This document shows, piece by piece, positions 48,415 through 59,700 of a stretch of DNA of 64,000 bases. The notes under the pieces are model-generated. The model saw nothing but the letters and a program-made list of their open reading frames with translations, did not search any database and had not been told where the DNA came from. The stretch spans positions 2,464,001 through 2,528,000 of the forward strand of contig OZ220741.1 of the NCBI GenBank assembly GCA_965116885.1, in the 5' to 3' direction. The DNA is from Candidatus Latescibacterota bacterium. Its GTDB lineage: Bacteria > Latescibacterota > UBA2968. The position numbers and the translations under genes are program-made. Position 1 is the first letter of the stretch, and each line of letters opens with the position of its first letter.

Positions 48415-50583
48415 ATGAAACGCGATGCAAAAAAAATTGTGATACCAGGTATTAAGGGCGAGGTGTGCATTCAGCGGATGGCGCATGGGTTTCCGCATAT
48501 TTCGGCGCAGGATGAAGGGGACCGGTATTATGGTTTGGGTTATGCACATGGCCGGGATAGGCAGATGCATATGTGGTTGCTGAAGCTCATCGGGCGCGGG
48601 AATGCGTCGGTATATTTGAAAGCGGATGACGAGTTGATTGAGGTAGATCGGTTTATGCGCTGGCTCGATATAGCGGGCGATGCGGATCGGGAAGCGCGGC
48701 ATTTGTCACCTGATGTACAAGTGATTTTGGATGCGTATTGCAAGGGGGTGAATCAGGCGGTTCGCGCGACGGGAACGCCTTTTGAATTTAAGTTGATGGG
48801 GTATCGACCAGATGATTGGACGCCGGCAGATGCACTGCTGATGGTCAAGCTGATCGGGTTTGTGGGGCTTTCGCAGATGCAGGGCGATATGGAGAAGTTG
48901 ATTGTTCAGTTGATTCAAAAGGGTCTGGATACGGAGCGTTTGAAGGCGCTTTTTCCGGCGATTCGGGATGATGTATCGGAAGAGTATATAGATTTGATAA
49001 AGAAGGTGCATCTGGTGCGTCCGATGATTCCATCATCTGTTGTGTGGCGCGATTTGTTGCCCGATTTTTCCGCGAGCAATAATTGGGCTGTGCGTCCGTC
49101 AAAGACGGCATCTGGATGGGGAATGATGTGCGGGGATCCGCATCTGCAATTGCAATTGCCTTCGGTTTGGTATCTGGCAGTGCTGTCTGGCGATCAGGAC
49201 TATTTGATGGGTGCGACGCTGCCGGGGTTGCCGGTTGTGGCTATGGGACGGTCATCCCATCTGTCGTGGGCAGCGACCTATGGTACTGCCGATGTGTGTG
49301 ATTATTTTGTGGAGGAGGTGAAGGATGGGAGGTACAGATGCGGGGATAAATGGGTGCCTCTGCGCGTGCGAGAAGAGGTTATTCGGCCTAAGAAGCGGGA
49401 TCCGATAGGGTTGCGCGTTTGCGAGACAGAGCGCGGTTTGCTGGAGGGCGAGGTTGAGGAGGATGGGTATTATTTGTGTTATGCGTGGACGGGTAAGCAG
49501 CAAAAGGGGACGGGGGCGGATTCGCTGGATTGTGTTTTGAGGATTACAAGATCAAAAGGCGTTGAAGAGGCACGGAATTATTTTGCGGGGTTGACGTTTG
49601 CGCCGTTTAATTGGGTGTTTGCAGATCGGGCGGGGAATATTGGATATCAACTCGGCGGGCTGGTGCCCAAACAACCCGAAGGTTCATCGGGTTTGCTTCC
49701 GTTTTTGGGTTGGGATAAGAAACAGAATTGGGATGGGATGGTCGATCCGATATTGTATCCACGCGCGATGAATCCCGAATGCGATTTTATTGTGACGGCA
49801 AATCAGGATCTCAATTTTATGGGGCAGACTGAGCCGATGAAGTTGTCGATTTCGTCTTATCGCGCGGATCGGATCTGTGAGTTGTTGCGGGAGAAGGATG
49901 ATTTGACAGTAGAGGATATGAAGCGGATTCACTGCGATCTCTACGCGCTTCAGGCCCGGGAGTTTATGGCAGTTATACGTCCGTTGTTACGAGAAACGGA
50001 AAATGGGGAGTTATTGCGGGAATGGGATTTGTGTTATGATGCGGATTCTCTGGGTGCGACGCTTTTTGAGCGCGTTTATCGCGAACTGGTTTTGCTCGTT
50101 TTTGGGGATAATGGTTTGGGGCGCGAGATGGTGACGTTTTTGCTGGATGGTACGACGCTGTTCAGTGTCGTGCATGGATATTTTGATCGCATTCTTTTGA
50201 GCGAGGCGTCGGTCTGGTTTGGAGATGAGTCGCGCGAAGCTCTGTATCAAATGGCGATTGAGCGCGGATTAAGGGAGAAAGCCGTGCCGCACGGCGAAGT
50301 GAGTAAGGTTTATATTGAGCATCTTTTTTTCAGGGGGAAGTTGCCGCGGTTTTTGGGGTTTGATTATTCGCTTGCAAATACTGGGAGTCGGTCAACGGTT
50401 TCTCAGGCCGGTGTGTTCAAAGGTGGCGCGCTTGCACCCACTTTTCGAATGATTTGCGATTTTGGGGAGGATGTGCTACACGCAAATGTCGCGGGCGGTG
50501 CTTCAGATCGCCGTTTTTCCAAATTCTATACGTCGGGGTTGGATGCGTGGGCGCAAGGTGAGTACGAGGTGTTAGGACCATAA
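48415..50583 (+). CDS. Penicillin acylase-family Ntn hydrolase (S45)
   Basis: GFPHI, GYAHGRDR, SNNW nucleophile, DPHL, VTANQ, YRADRI; no signal peptide. Confidence 0.92.
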   Translation: MKRDAKKIVIPGIKGEVCIQRMAHGFPHISAQDEGDRYYGLGYAHGRDRQMHMWLLKLIGRGNASVYLKADDELIEVDRFMRWLDIAGDADREARHLSPDVQVILDAYCKGVNQAVRATGTPFEFKLMGYRPDDWTPADALLMVKLIGFVGLSQMQGDMEKLIVQLIQKGLDTERLKALFPAIRDDVSEEYIDLIKKVHLVRPMIPSSVVWRDLLPDFSASNNWAVRPSKTASGWGMMCGDPHLQLQLPSVWYLAVLSGDQDYLMGATLPGLPVVAMGRSSHLSWAATYGTADVCDYFVEEVKDGRYRCGDKWVPLRVREEVIRPKKRDPIGLRVCETERGLLEGEVEEDGYYLCYAWTGKQQKGTGADSLDCVLRITRSKGVEEARNYFAGLTFAPFNWVFADRAGNIGYQLGGLVPKQPEGSSGLLPFLGWDKKQNWDGMVDPILYPRAMNPECDFIVTANQDLNFMGQTEPMKLSISSYRADRICELLREKDDLTVEDMKRIHCDLYALQAREFMAVIRPLLRETENGELLREWDLCYDADSLGATLFERVYRELVLLVFGDNGLGREMVTFLLDGTTLFSVVHGYFDRILLSEASVWFGDESREALYQMAIERGLREKAVPHGEVSKVYIEHLFFRGKLPRFLGFDYSLANTGSRSTVSQAGVFKGGALAPTFRMICDFGEDVLHANVAGGASDRRFSKFYTSGLDAWAQGEYEVLGP

Positions 50584-50594
50584 AGGGCTGACCG

Positions 50595-51968
50595 CTAACG
50601 GGTTGCTCTGTTAATGCCTTTGATTTTTTGGTTTGCTTTGGCGCGCTGGTCGATTTCTTCGGGGGTGACGATGTTGTGGAGATCGGCGCGGAGGTCGGAG
50701 AGGATGTCGGCACAGGTGGGATCGCCGGCGCGATTCTCGGTTTCGTCGGGGTCGTTGGCGACATTGAATAATTGGTCCGGCAGGCCGACGTAGTGGATGT
50801 ATTTCCAGTCGCCTTTTTTGATCATGAAGCCGCCATTTAGCGCGCCCTGGGCGTGGTATTCGCTGAAGATGGGGCGGTCGGGAAAGGGATGACCGCTGAT
50901 GGCGGGCAGGAGGCTGCTGCCGGGTAAGGGCGCGGGGTCTTGTTCGGCGAGGTCGAGAAGGGTGGGGAGGATGTCGATGAGGTTGGCTCCCGCGGCGATG
51001 CGCTGGTTGCCCTCGGCGTTTGGGTGGCGAATGATCATGGGGACGCGCACGGCGTGTTCGTAGAAACATTGTTTTTGCCATATACCGTGGTGTCCGCCCA
51101 TTTCGCCGTGGTCGCTGACGTATATGACGACGGTGTTGTCGCGCAAGGGGGAGTTATCGACTATGTCGAGCAGGCGGCCGATGAGGTCGTCGGTAAAAGA
51201 GATGAGGCCGTAGTAAGACGCGGTTGCGGTGGTGGAGATGGCGTCGGGCAAGGGGTCTTCGTTGCGCAGCCAATGGCGGAGTTGCTGGATGGAAGGGTGC
51301 TGGGTGTCGCAGGGTTCGGTTCTCGTTTGTGGCAAGATGACGCGGTCGGGGTAGTAGCGGTCGAAGTATTCTTGCGGGCACAGGAGGGGAAAGTGGGGGT
51401 TCATGAAGCCGGTGTAGAGGAAGAAGGGATGGTCGGCGTATTGTGCGCGGGATTTGAGGAAGCGTTCTGAGAGATCGGCGGCTGTGCTGTCGTAGTGGAT
51501 TTGCCAGTTTTCTCCGGGACCGCATTCGGTGACGTGGCTGTTGCTGCCGCGCCGGTTTTCGGGCGTGCGCGAGGGGGCACCCATATTCCAGTGTTTCCAT
51601 TTTTCTGCGTCGTCCATGAGGCGCACGCCAAAGCCGTGCAGGCGTTCGGGACCTATGAAGTGGGTGCGGCCGCAGGCTGCGGTTTCGTAGCCCGCGGCTT
51701 CGAGGTAGCTGCCCATTGTGGGGATTGTACCCGCGAGAGGCGAGCCGTTGTCATAGGTGCCGATTTGGTGGACGTATTGTCCGGTCATAAAGGACATACG
51801 CGCCGGTACGCATATCGGGCAGGCGGTATAGGCGTTGTCAAAGGTGGTGCCTTCGGATGCGAGGCGGTCCATGTGTGGCGTTTCGATATGGGGGTGACCG
51901 TAACAGCCGGTGACTGCGGGGTCGTGTTCGTCGCTCATGATGAGCAAGATGTTGGGTCGCTGGTTCAT
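50595..51968 (-). CDS. Cys-type sulfatase (choline-sulfatase-like)
   Basis: PNILLIMSDEH, CVPAR, SDHGE, WQKQCFYE. Confidence 0.92.
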   Translation of the reverse strand: MNQRPNILLIMSDEHDPAVTGCYGHPHIETPHMDRLASEGTTFDNAYTACPICVPARMSFMTGQYVHQIGTYDNGSPLAGTIPTMGSYLEAAGYETAACGRTHFIGPERLHGFGVRLMDDAEKWKHWNMGAPSRTPENRRGSNSHVTECGPGENWQIHYDSTAADLSERFLKSRAQYADHPFFLYTGFMNPHFPLLCPQEYFDRYYPDRVILPQTRTEPCDTQHPSIQQLRHWLRNEDPLPDAISTTATASYYGLISFTDDLIGRLLDIVDNSPLRDNTVVIYVSDHGEMGGHHGIWQKQCFYEHAVRVPMIIRHPNAEGNQRIAAGANLIDILPTLLDLAEQDPAPLPGSSLLPAISGHPFPDRPIFSEYHAQGALNGGFMIKKGDWKYIHYVGLPDQLFNVANDPDETENRAGDPTCADILSDLRADLHNIVTPEEIDQRAKANQKIKGINRATR

Positions 51969-51969
51969 G

Positions 51970-52020
51970 CTAATATCTTCCTGTGCGTTTGGGGCCGGGG
52001 TCGGCGCAAATAACGGTATC
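51970..52020 (-). repeat. Degenerate duplicate of the 3' end of sulfatase 52816..54246
   Basis: Encodes DTVICADPGPKRTGRY* vs HTVVCADPGPERIGRY* at 52816-52866; 40/48 nt identical by hand alignment. Confidence 0.85.
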
Positions 52021-52025
52021 TCAAG

Positions 52026-52793
52026 TCAGGCCTGGTACAGGCTCTCTGTCGGGATGTCGGTGATCATTGCGTGGCCAGGGGTGTAGGATATCATGAATGG
52101 GAGCCTGGCCTGTTCGGCGACAATGCGGGGTGTGATGCCGCAAGCCCAATACAAGCGGTCCGTTCCTTCGGGTACTTCAAACGGGTGACCGTCCATGTTG
52201 ACGTTCAGTTCTTCAATGCCGAGTTCGTCCGCATTGTTTTTTCCGATTGGGGCGCCGTGACACGCGGGGAAGTGGCTGGTGAATTCCCATATATCGTCGA
52301 TCACGGCCGGATCGAATGAGCGGATGGTGACGGCCATGTTGCCCGAGAAGGGTCCGACTGTTTTGCACGGGAGCGATGTGAGTTGGATGGTCGGTCCGAA
52401 TGCTGCGGGGTAGCCTTTCTCGGCCAGGAGGCCGTCGAAGGAGACGCTCGATCCGATCAGGAAGGTAACGGTTCGGTCGTCGAACAGATCTACGATGTCC
52501 TGCCGGCGTTCGGTGACTTCGCCATCGCGTACGATGTCGTATGACCCCAGGTCGGTTCGGATGTCGAGGGCGCGCGCATACTCGGGGCAGTCCGTTTGGC
52601 CGGGTTCCATTTTAGCGATCAGCGGGCAGGGTTTTGGGTTGGCGCGACAGAATGCCTCGAAATCGTCGGCGTAGTCTATGTCCAGAAAGGCGACGTTGAC
52701 ACACAGGTAGCCGGGAAGGGCTCGGGATGCGAAACCTTCGAGTTCGTTGGCTCTGCAAGCGAGTCTGACGTCTAACGGTGTTTTGAATTTCAT
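52026..52793 (-). CDS. DUF1445 / D-glutamate cyclase-family protein
   Basis: FCRANPKPCPL, DIRTD, FLIGSSVSF, HGAP, WACGITP, PGHAMITD. Confidence 0.88.
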   Translation of the reverse strand: MKFKTPLDVRLACRANELEGFASRALPGYLCVNVAFLDIDYADDFEAFCRANPKPCPLIAKMEPGQTDCPEYARALDIRTDLGSYDIVRDGEVTERRQDIVDLFDDRTVTFLIGSSVSFDGLLAEKGYPAAFGPTIQLTSLPCKTVGPFSGNMAVTIRSFDPAVIDDIWEFTSHFPACHGAPIGKNNADELGIEELNVNMDGHPFEVPEGTDRLYWACGITPRIVAEQARLPFMISYTPGHAMITDIPTESLYQA

Positions 52794-52815
52794 GTTGCGA
52801 TCTCCATTGAAACGC

Positions 52816-54246
52816 TTAATACCTTCCTATGCGTTCGGGACCGGGGTCGGCGCATACCACGGTGTGGTCGAAGTTTTGTTTTATGAGTTGGTATTTCAGG
52901 TCTGTGTGGGATGGGTCTTCCCAGAGGTTGTGAAATTCATCGGGGTCTTCTTGCAGGTCGTAGAGCTCGCCGTAGTCTTCGTTGTGATAGACGACGAGTT
53001 TGTAGCGGTTGTTGCGCAACATGGTCGCCCAACAGGGTGTGTGTTTTTCAGAGGCGTGTGGGGCGAATTTATCGACGACGTCGTAGTATTCACAGCGCAC
53101 AAATTCGTGGTGCGCGTCCCCGGGATCTTCGCCCGTGAGTATGGGGGTGAGGGATTTGCCGTGTGTCCATTCGAGAGGGATGCCGGCGAGGTCGGCGAGG
53201 GTGGGCGCAATGTCTAAGAGCGCGGTGAGGCCGTCTGCGCGTTGGCCCTGGAGAAAGGTGCCGGGCCACGAGATGATGAGGGGAACCCGCACGAGGGCTT
53301 CGTAGAAACGGCAGCCTTTGCCGGTGAGGCCGTGATCGCCGAGCATTTCGCCGTGGTCGCTCGTGAAGATGACCACGGTGTTTTCGCGTTGGCCCGTGCG
53401 CTCAAGTGCATTGAGCATGCGACCGACGTTTTCGTCGATGAGTGCGATCATGCCGTAGTAAGACGCTTTGTTGTGCTGTTCGCGGTCGCCGGGTGGGTTG
53501 CCTTCTTTGTCTGCGAAAAAGCGTTTGAGCCGCGTTTGTGTTTGCAGGTCGCTTTCGCAAAATAGCGGCGGTGGCAAGTCGGCGGGATTGTATTTGTGCG
53601 TGTCGGGGGCGTCAAAAGGTCCGTGCGGGTCAAAGGGGTTGACGCTCATGAGATAGGGGCCGTCGTGGGGGGATTCGATAAATTCAATGGCGCGGTCCGC
53701 ACACCAGGTGGTCTGGTGGTGTTGGGGATTCATGTCGGGGCGATAGTTGCCGTATGTGCCGTCTTTTTTTGTTTGAAAGACGTCGCCGAGGTCTATGCCC
53801 TGTTCGGTGAGCCAGTCGGTGTACTGGTTGCCGTTTCCGATACCCTGATTGTGTGAGTGGCTATACCAGAATTTGCGATACCCGTCGTCAACGCGTTGTT
53901 CTTCGCCGTTCCAGGCAGAGGCGAGGTGGAGTTTGCCCGATAAACCGCAATCGTATCCGGCATCTGCGAGGCGTTTGGTGATGAGTTGTACGCGTTCATT
54001 TGCCGGGAAATAGGCATTGCCATTGCGATTGCCGTGTACGGTGCTGGGATAAAGCCCGGTGAGAAAGCTGGAGCGACTGGGCGTGCATATCGCGCTCTGG
54101 CAGTGGGCATGTGTGAATGCTACGCCTTCGGCGCAGAGGCGGTCGAGGTTGGGTGTCTGGATGTGTTCATTGCCGAGGGCATGGATGGTGTCATAGCGTT
54201 GTTGATCTGTGCAGATCCAGAGGATGTTGGGGCGTTTTGATGTCAA
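52816..54246 (-). CDS. Cys-type sulfatase
   Basis: TTG start after GGAGA; PNILWICTDQQR, CTPSR, GKLH, SDHGE. Confidence 0.92.
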   Translation of the reverse strand: MTSKRPNILWICTDQQRYDTIHALGNEHIQTPNLDRLCAEGVAFTHAHCQSAICTPSRSSFLTGLYPSTVHGNRNGNAYFPANERVQLITKRLADAGYDCGLSGKLHLASAWNGEEQRVDDGYRKFWYSHSHNQGIGNGNQYTDWLTEQGIDLGDVFQTKKDGTYGNYRPDMNPQHHQTTWCADRAIEFIESPHDGPYLMSVNPFDPHGPFDAPDTHKYNPADLPPPLFCESDLQTQTRLKRFFADKEGNPPGDREQHNKASYYGMIALIDENVGRMLNALERTGQRENTVVIFTSDHGEMLGDHGLTGKGCRFYEALVRVPLIISWPGTFLQGQRADGLTALLDIAPTLADLAGIPLEWTHGKSLTPILTGEDPGDAHHEFVRCEYYDVVDKFAPHASEKHTPCWATMLRNNRYKLVVYHNEDYGELYDLQEDPDEFHNLWEDPSHTDLKYQLIKQNFDHTVVCADPGPERIGRY

Positions 54247-54257
54247 TGGTGGTCTCC

Positions 54258-55679
54258 TCAATCGCGCGCGCCTCTGATAACGCGGCCGTTTTCGGTCCAG
54301 TGATCGCGGTAAAAGGTAATGGGTTCAAAGGTGTCGTTTAGTGCGTCCATGCGCGTCCGAATCTGGTCGCGGTAATGCTGGGTTGTTCTGGCATGGTCAG
54401 GGCTGCTGGCGAGGTTGTGCAATTGCAGGGGGTCTTCGCGGTGATTGTAGAGGGATTCTCCATGTTTTTCAATGGCATAGGTGTATTGTTTGTCGCGCAG
54501 AGCACGCCATTCAAAGCCATCGTCCCAATCGACACTGGGGCCCATGCCCTGTAAGAATGCGGATTCGGGTTCATCTCCATGCTGACCAAGTGCGCAATGG
54601 GAAAGGTCAAATCCATCGATACCATTGGGGATATCGACGTTTAAGAGTGAGAGTAGCGTGGGCATGATATCGGGCGTGTTGAGACAGGCATCGCTTTCGG
54701 ATTTGGGCGCGATGCGATTGGGCCAGCGCATGAGAAAGGGGACGCGAGCGGCTTCTTCATAGTAGATGTTTTTCTGAACGCGACCGTGTGCGCCAAACAT
54801 TTCGCCGTGGTCTGACGTGAAGACGACGAGGGTGTCGTGCGCGAGGTTAAATCTGTCTATCGCGTCTAATATTCGGCCCACGTTCCAGTCGAGGTTGGCA
54901 GTCATAGCGGCATAGATTCGCTGCCATTCAACGAGGTTGGGTTTGACGGATTTCATCCACCAATCGCGGTCGAACCATGCATGCCAGTATTCTCCCGATC
55001 CGTCCCGGTAATTTGGCGGCAGGTCAAAGGCCATGTCTTTGAAGTGCATACCCCATTCTTCGGGGACGTTGTCCCAGTTCCAGGGCTGATGAGGTGTGCC
55101 ATAAGAGACGAAGAGGGCGAAGGGTTCTGGATTTTCGCGCGCGTTTTCGAGATAGGAGATGGCGAGGTCGGTCATGGCATCGGGTTCATAGGCCTGGATG
55201 TCGATGCGTTCAAATTTGTCTTCGTAATAAAATCCCTTGTAATAGCTGTGGTTGAAGTTGTAGGCTGCCCAATAGTGGTCAAATCCCAGTCGGTGCGGGC
55301 CTGGGGGCACGAATTGATTGGCGGGATTCTTGTGAAAATCTCCGGCCTGTTTATAAACTTTGCCTTCGGTTGCGTAAATGTGCCATTTGCCGATGTAGGC
55401 ACAATTCGTGCCGTTCTGCGTCAATGTGCCGGCAAGCGTTGGCAGATCGGTGCGGGCGCCCAATTCGTTCATGACGTAGCCATTGGTGGTGGGATAACAG
55501 CCCGTAAAGAGGGATGCGCGATGCGGGCTGCACACGGGATAGACCGAGGTGGCGTTGACAAAGTTGATGCCTTCAGATGATAGGCGGTCGATATTGGGGG
55601 TGCGGGCGCGGTTGTCACCCATATAGCCACAGGATTGCGGGCGGAGTTGATCGGCGAAGATGTATAGAAGGTTAGACAC
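54258..55679 (-). CDS. Cys-type sulfatase
   Basis: NLLYIFADQLR, CSPHR, GKWH, SDHGE. Confidence 0.92.
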   Translation of the reverse strand: MSNLLYIFADQLRPQSCGYMGDNRARTPNIDRLSSEGINFVNATSVYPVCSPHRASLFTGCYPTTNGYVMNELGARTDLPTLAGTLTQNGTNCAYIGKWHIYATEGKVYKQAGDFHKNPANQFVPPGPHRLGFDHYWAAYNFNHSYYKGFYYEDKFERIDIQAYEPDAMTDLAISYLENARENPEPFALFVSYGTPHQPWNWDNVPEEWGMHFKDMAFDLPPNYRDGSGEYWHAWFDRDWWMKSVKPNLVEWQRIYAAMTANLDWNVGRILDAIDRFNLAHDTLVVFTSDHGEMFGAHGRVQKNIYYEEAARVPFLMRWPNRIAPKSESDACLNTPDIMPTLLSLLNVDIPNGIDGFDLSHCALGQHGDEPESAFLQGMGPSVDWDDGFEWRALRDKQYTYAIEKHGESLYNHREDPLQLHNLASSPDHARTTQHYRDQIRTRMDALNDTFEPITFYRDHWTENGRVIRGARD

Positions 55680-55682
55680 AGA

Positions 55683-56519
55683 TTACGCGCTTTCGTGTTC
55701 TGCCCGCATGGCGTTGAAGAAGCGCACATCAATGCGCGCCAGGTCAATTACGGTTTCTATGGGTTCACCGCTGTATTCGCTGTGGAAACTCACGGGGCCT
55801 TCAAAGTTTAATCGATCCAGTGTTTTTACGACTGCGGGCCAATCGCCAAATCCCTGTCCCAGTCGCATTGTTCCACCTGTGGGCGTCCCCTGTACAGTGC
55901 GTCCCAGAGGTCGCTGGCGAATCAGGTCTTTAAATGCCAGGACTGAGAGATATTCGCGCACGATATCCAGCGCCATTTCTATGGGTTCGCCACATATCGA
56001 CAGGTGTCCCGGGTCGGAAAATACGCCGATGTGTTCGGGGTTGAATCCCTTGACCACGTTCATGACGGCACACGAATTTAATCCCATCGATTTGCCCGAA
56101 TGGTTGTGTACTACGGTTTTTACACCGTGTTTTTCCGACAATTTCTCAAAGCTTTCCATCCAGCCCCGGATTTCATCCAACTGATCCCAGTAGTGTTTGG
56201 CATCCGACCAGTGCCAGTAGCCCAGTTTTACGTGCGCTACGCCGGCTTCGCCCAGCGCGCCGTAATAACGCTCGGCGTAATCGATGTCCGGGCGGCTAAA
56301 ATCGCCGGGGGCTGTTACGAGTGGAATGCACAGGCCCGCGGCTTCAAACTGTTTGGCGGCTTCGGGCAGTGCTTTGTCGATATTGTCTGGATTTACCGGA
56401 TATCCCTCTCGCACACATAAATCCGCGCCCTGTACGCCTACCGATTGGAGAGATTCGATGATTTCGGAAACGTCCAGGCCTTCGAGGTGTTTTGTGAACA
56501 TGATGTAGGTGAGCTTCAT
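55683..56519 (-). CDS. Sugar-phosphate isomerase/epimerase (AP endonuclease 2 TIM barrel)
   Basis: ADLCVR, HNHSG, DPGH, KD, SFHSEY. Confidence 0.85.
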   Translation of the reverse strand: MKLTYIMFTKHLEGLDVSEIIESLQSVGVQGADLCVREGYPVNPDNIDKALPEAAKQFEAAGLCIPLVTAPGDFSRPDIDYAERYYGALGEAGVAHVKLGYWHWSDAKHYWDQLDEIRGWMESFEKLSEKHGVKTVVHNHSGKSMGLNSCAVMNVVKGFNPEHIGVFSDPGHLSICGEPIEMALDIVREYLSVLAFKDLIRQRPLGRTVQGTPTGGTMRLGQGFGDWPAVVKTLDRLNFEGPVSFHSEYSGEPIETVIDLARIDVRFFNAMRAEHESA

Positions 56520-56734
56520 TTTTTTCCTTTCTCTGGTTTATTGTTTGCATTTGTGAGCACTTCAGGATACGCAATTATGTACCTAAAATCAATGGCGAGT
56601 TGAAAGCTCAAATCTTGACAAGCTGTGAAAAATGTATATGTTGTCGTCAAATTGTTGTGAAAAATGACGACAGGGTAGTCAAAAAACACGGTTTCGCATA
56701 TTTCAGCATCCCGGTACAGAGGTCGTAAAAGGCT

Positions 56735-59700
56735 ATGAAACTCAGTCGCTTTGCCATTTTTAAACCCATCAGTACGATTATGATCGCACTTAGTCTTGTG
56801 GTGATGGGTTTTATTTCACTGTTCAAGTTGCCGCTCGAATATTTGCCCAGCGTGACGTTTCCGGTCCTTTTTGTGTCTATCCGGTATCCCTCTTCGTCCC
56901 CAGAGGAAATCGAACGGTTTATCACGCGCCCAATTGAAGAGATATTGGGCACTATGCCCGGCATTGAAAGTATGGGATCCACATCTAATGAGTCTTCTTC
57001 GACTATTCGTCTGGAATTTGCAATGGATGCGGATATGGATCTCGTCGGTATTCATTTGCGCGATAGGCTCGATCAGGTTCGCGCAGATTTGCCCGATGAC
57101 GTGGATTATATTGGGATTAAAAGTTTTGATACCGAAGATATTCCGGCTCTCGAATATACTGTTTCGTGGCTCGGTGAAGATCCCGAAGATCTCTTCGTGG
57201 TTTATAACCAGCGCCTGTTGCCGCGATTGCAACGGCTCGATGGTGTGGCAAGTGTTGAATTAAGAGGGTTACAGCAAAAAGATCTCCTCGTCGAGGTCAA
57301 TCAGAGCGCTATGACAGCGCACAAACTGGATTTTCGCACCATCAATCGCGCGCTTCGCAGAAATAATATCAATATCTCGGCGGGTTATGTCACCGATGGC
57401 GACAGGCGATTTGCCGTGCGAAGTGTGGGCGAGTTTGAGACCGTTGACCAGATTCGCAACTTGCCCATTCGCGCCAGTCTGACGCTGGCCGATGTTGCAT
57501 CGGTTACTTACGATTATCCCCCTGCTCGTCGATTTGATCGCCTCGATGGCATACCTTCTCTTTATCTTTCTGTGCATAAGTCTTCAACGGCAAATATGGT
57601 CGATGTTTGCAAGCGTGCTCGCGAAGAACTCGTCCGCATCAACGAGGAGGTTGGCAAAGATAATCTTCGAATGCTTCTGGTTCGAGACCAGTCAACTGCT
57701 GTTATTGCCAGTATAACCAGCCTCAGCCAATCGGCGATTATGGGTGGTCTCTTGGCCGTTATTGCCATCTTTATTTTTCTTCGCAACTTCCGCAGTACGC
57801 TCATCATTGGCTCCGCCATTCCAATTAGCGCGCTCACGGTGTTTCTCATGATGTATTTTTTGCGGCAATGGGGCACTGATATCACCTTGAACTTGATTTC
57901 GATGATGGGGCTGATGGTCGCTATTGGGATGCTGGTGGATCCCGCTGTTGTGGCTCTGGAGAATATTTTTCGCAAATGTTTTGATGAAGGTCAGAGTGCA
58001 ACACAGGCAGCGCTTGAGGGCAGTGAGGAAATTGGTCTCCCGGTTCTGGCTGCTACGCTTACTACTGTGTGCGTATTTGTTCCGGTCATTTTTGTGACTG
58101 ATTCGAGTACTTCGCTCTTTATGCGGCAATTCTCTGTGACAGTAGTCGTGTCTGTTATTGCATCTTTTTGTGTCGCGCTTTCCCTGATCCCTTTGGCTGC
58201 ATCTCACGCCTTCAATGAAGGGGGAAAGACGCTTGATCGCATTCTCAAAAGTATTTTGGTGCTCGCAATAAGTGTCGGGGTGGGCGCGTATGTATATTAT
58301 ACGGATTTCAGCAAAATTGATTACGCTGGTTTGTGGGACGCAATTTCGAGTACTATCGCTGCTCTGCCTTTGTTTGCCAAAATTGGTTTTCCTACGATAA
58401 TAGCACTGACGCTTTTTTTGTATTTCCGTTACCGCGCCATTGGTGCCAGAGCACTGTACGCGAGGGTGGTTGCCAATACTTTGCACTATCGCTGGGCAAC
58501 GCTATCCGTTGCGTGCGTTCTTCTCTTTTTGGGCAATCACATCTACGGCAAAATAGAACAAGCACCCTTCCGCTATCAACCCACACGCGCGATCAGGCTG
58601 ACAGTGGAGATGCCGCGCACGTACGATTTGGAGCAGGCGAGTAATACTTTCAAAATAGCCGAAGATATACTCATTCCACTGAAAGAAGAACTCGACATAG
58701 AGGCCATTGCAACGAAGTTTAATACGGGTAATCGCCAGGGAAAGAGAAATGCACTTTTGACCATTTATCTCACGCCTGCAGAAGAGAGTAAGTTGACGAC
58801 AGACGAGGTTCAGCACAGGATCATCGCGCTTCTTCCAAAGGATATTCCCGGTGTGCGTTTCAGATCTCGCGGGGGCAAGTCAGGCGGGACTGCGGGGGTG
58901 GGCGTTGAACTCAAAGGGCGAAAGCAGGAAATTCTGGAGGTTCTGGCCGAGGATATTGAAATGAGTATGCAGGGGATGCCCGGCGTTCACGAGATCGAAA
59001 CCAGCCTTGAGACGGGTATGGAAGAGATTCGCGTGGTTGTAAATCGCGAACGGGCGCAGCGGTATGGCATTTCTCCGCGCGATATTGCCACTAATATTGC
59101 TTCGGCACTCGGGTCTCGCGGGGCTTCACACTTCAAAACACCCGAGGGGGAGATCGATATTACCGTTCAACTCCGCGAAGAAGATCGCGCTACTCTCGAG
59201 CAGATCAAAACAACGGAGTTTGAAAGCGATAAGGGCGGGATGGTCACTTTCTCGAGTCTGGCGGATTTCAATCTCATACAAGGACCCAATGCCATCTCCC
59301 GCGAGGACCGCATGCCCACGCTAACTGTTTTTGCCAATACAGAACAAAAAGCAGTGTTCAGCGTGGGGCAGATTATGAAAGCGCGTATGGAAGATGTGCC
59401 CTTGCCCAAAGGATATACCTATCAGATGGACCGCCGCTTCAAGTCTATGGATGCAGAACAGGATCAAGATTTTGAGACGATGATTTTCGCGTTGATTCTC
59501 ATTTATATTATTATGGCTTCGCTCTTTGAATCCTATGTGCATCCGCTCACCATTATGTTCTGCATTTTCTTCGCGTTCATCGGCGTGGCACTCGGTCTCT
59601 ACACTTTCAAGATCGCTATGGATAGCAATGCCAAATACGGCCTTCTCGTGCTTTTTGGTATTGTGGTGAATAATGGCATTGTTCTGGTCGATCATATCAA

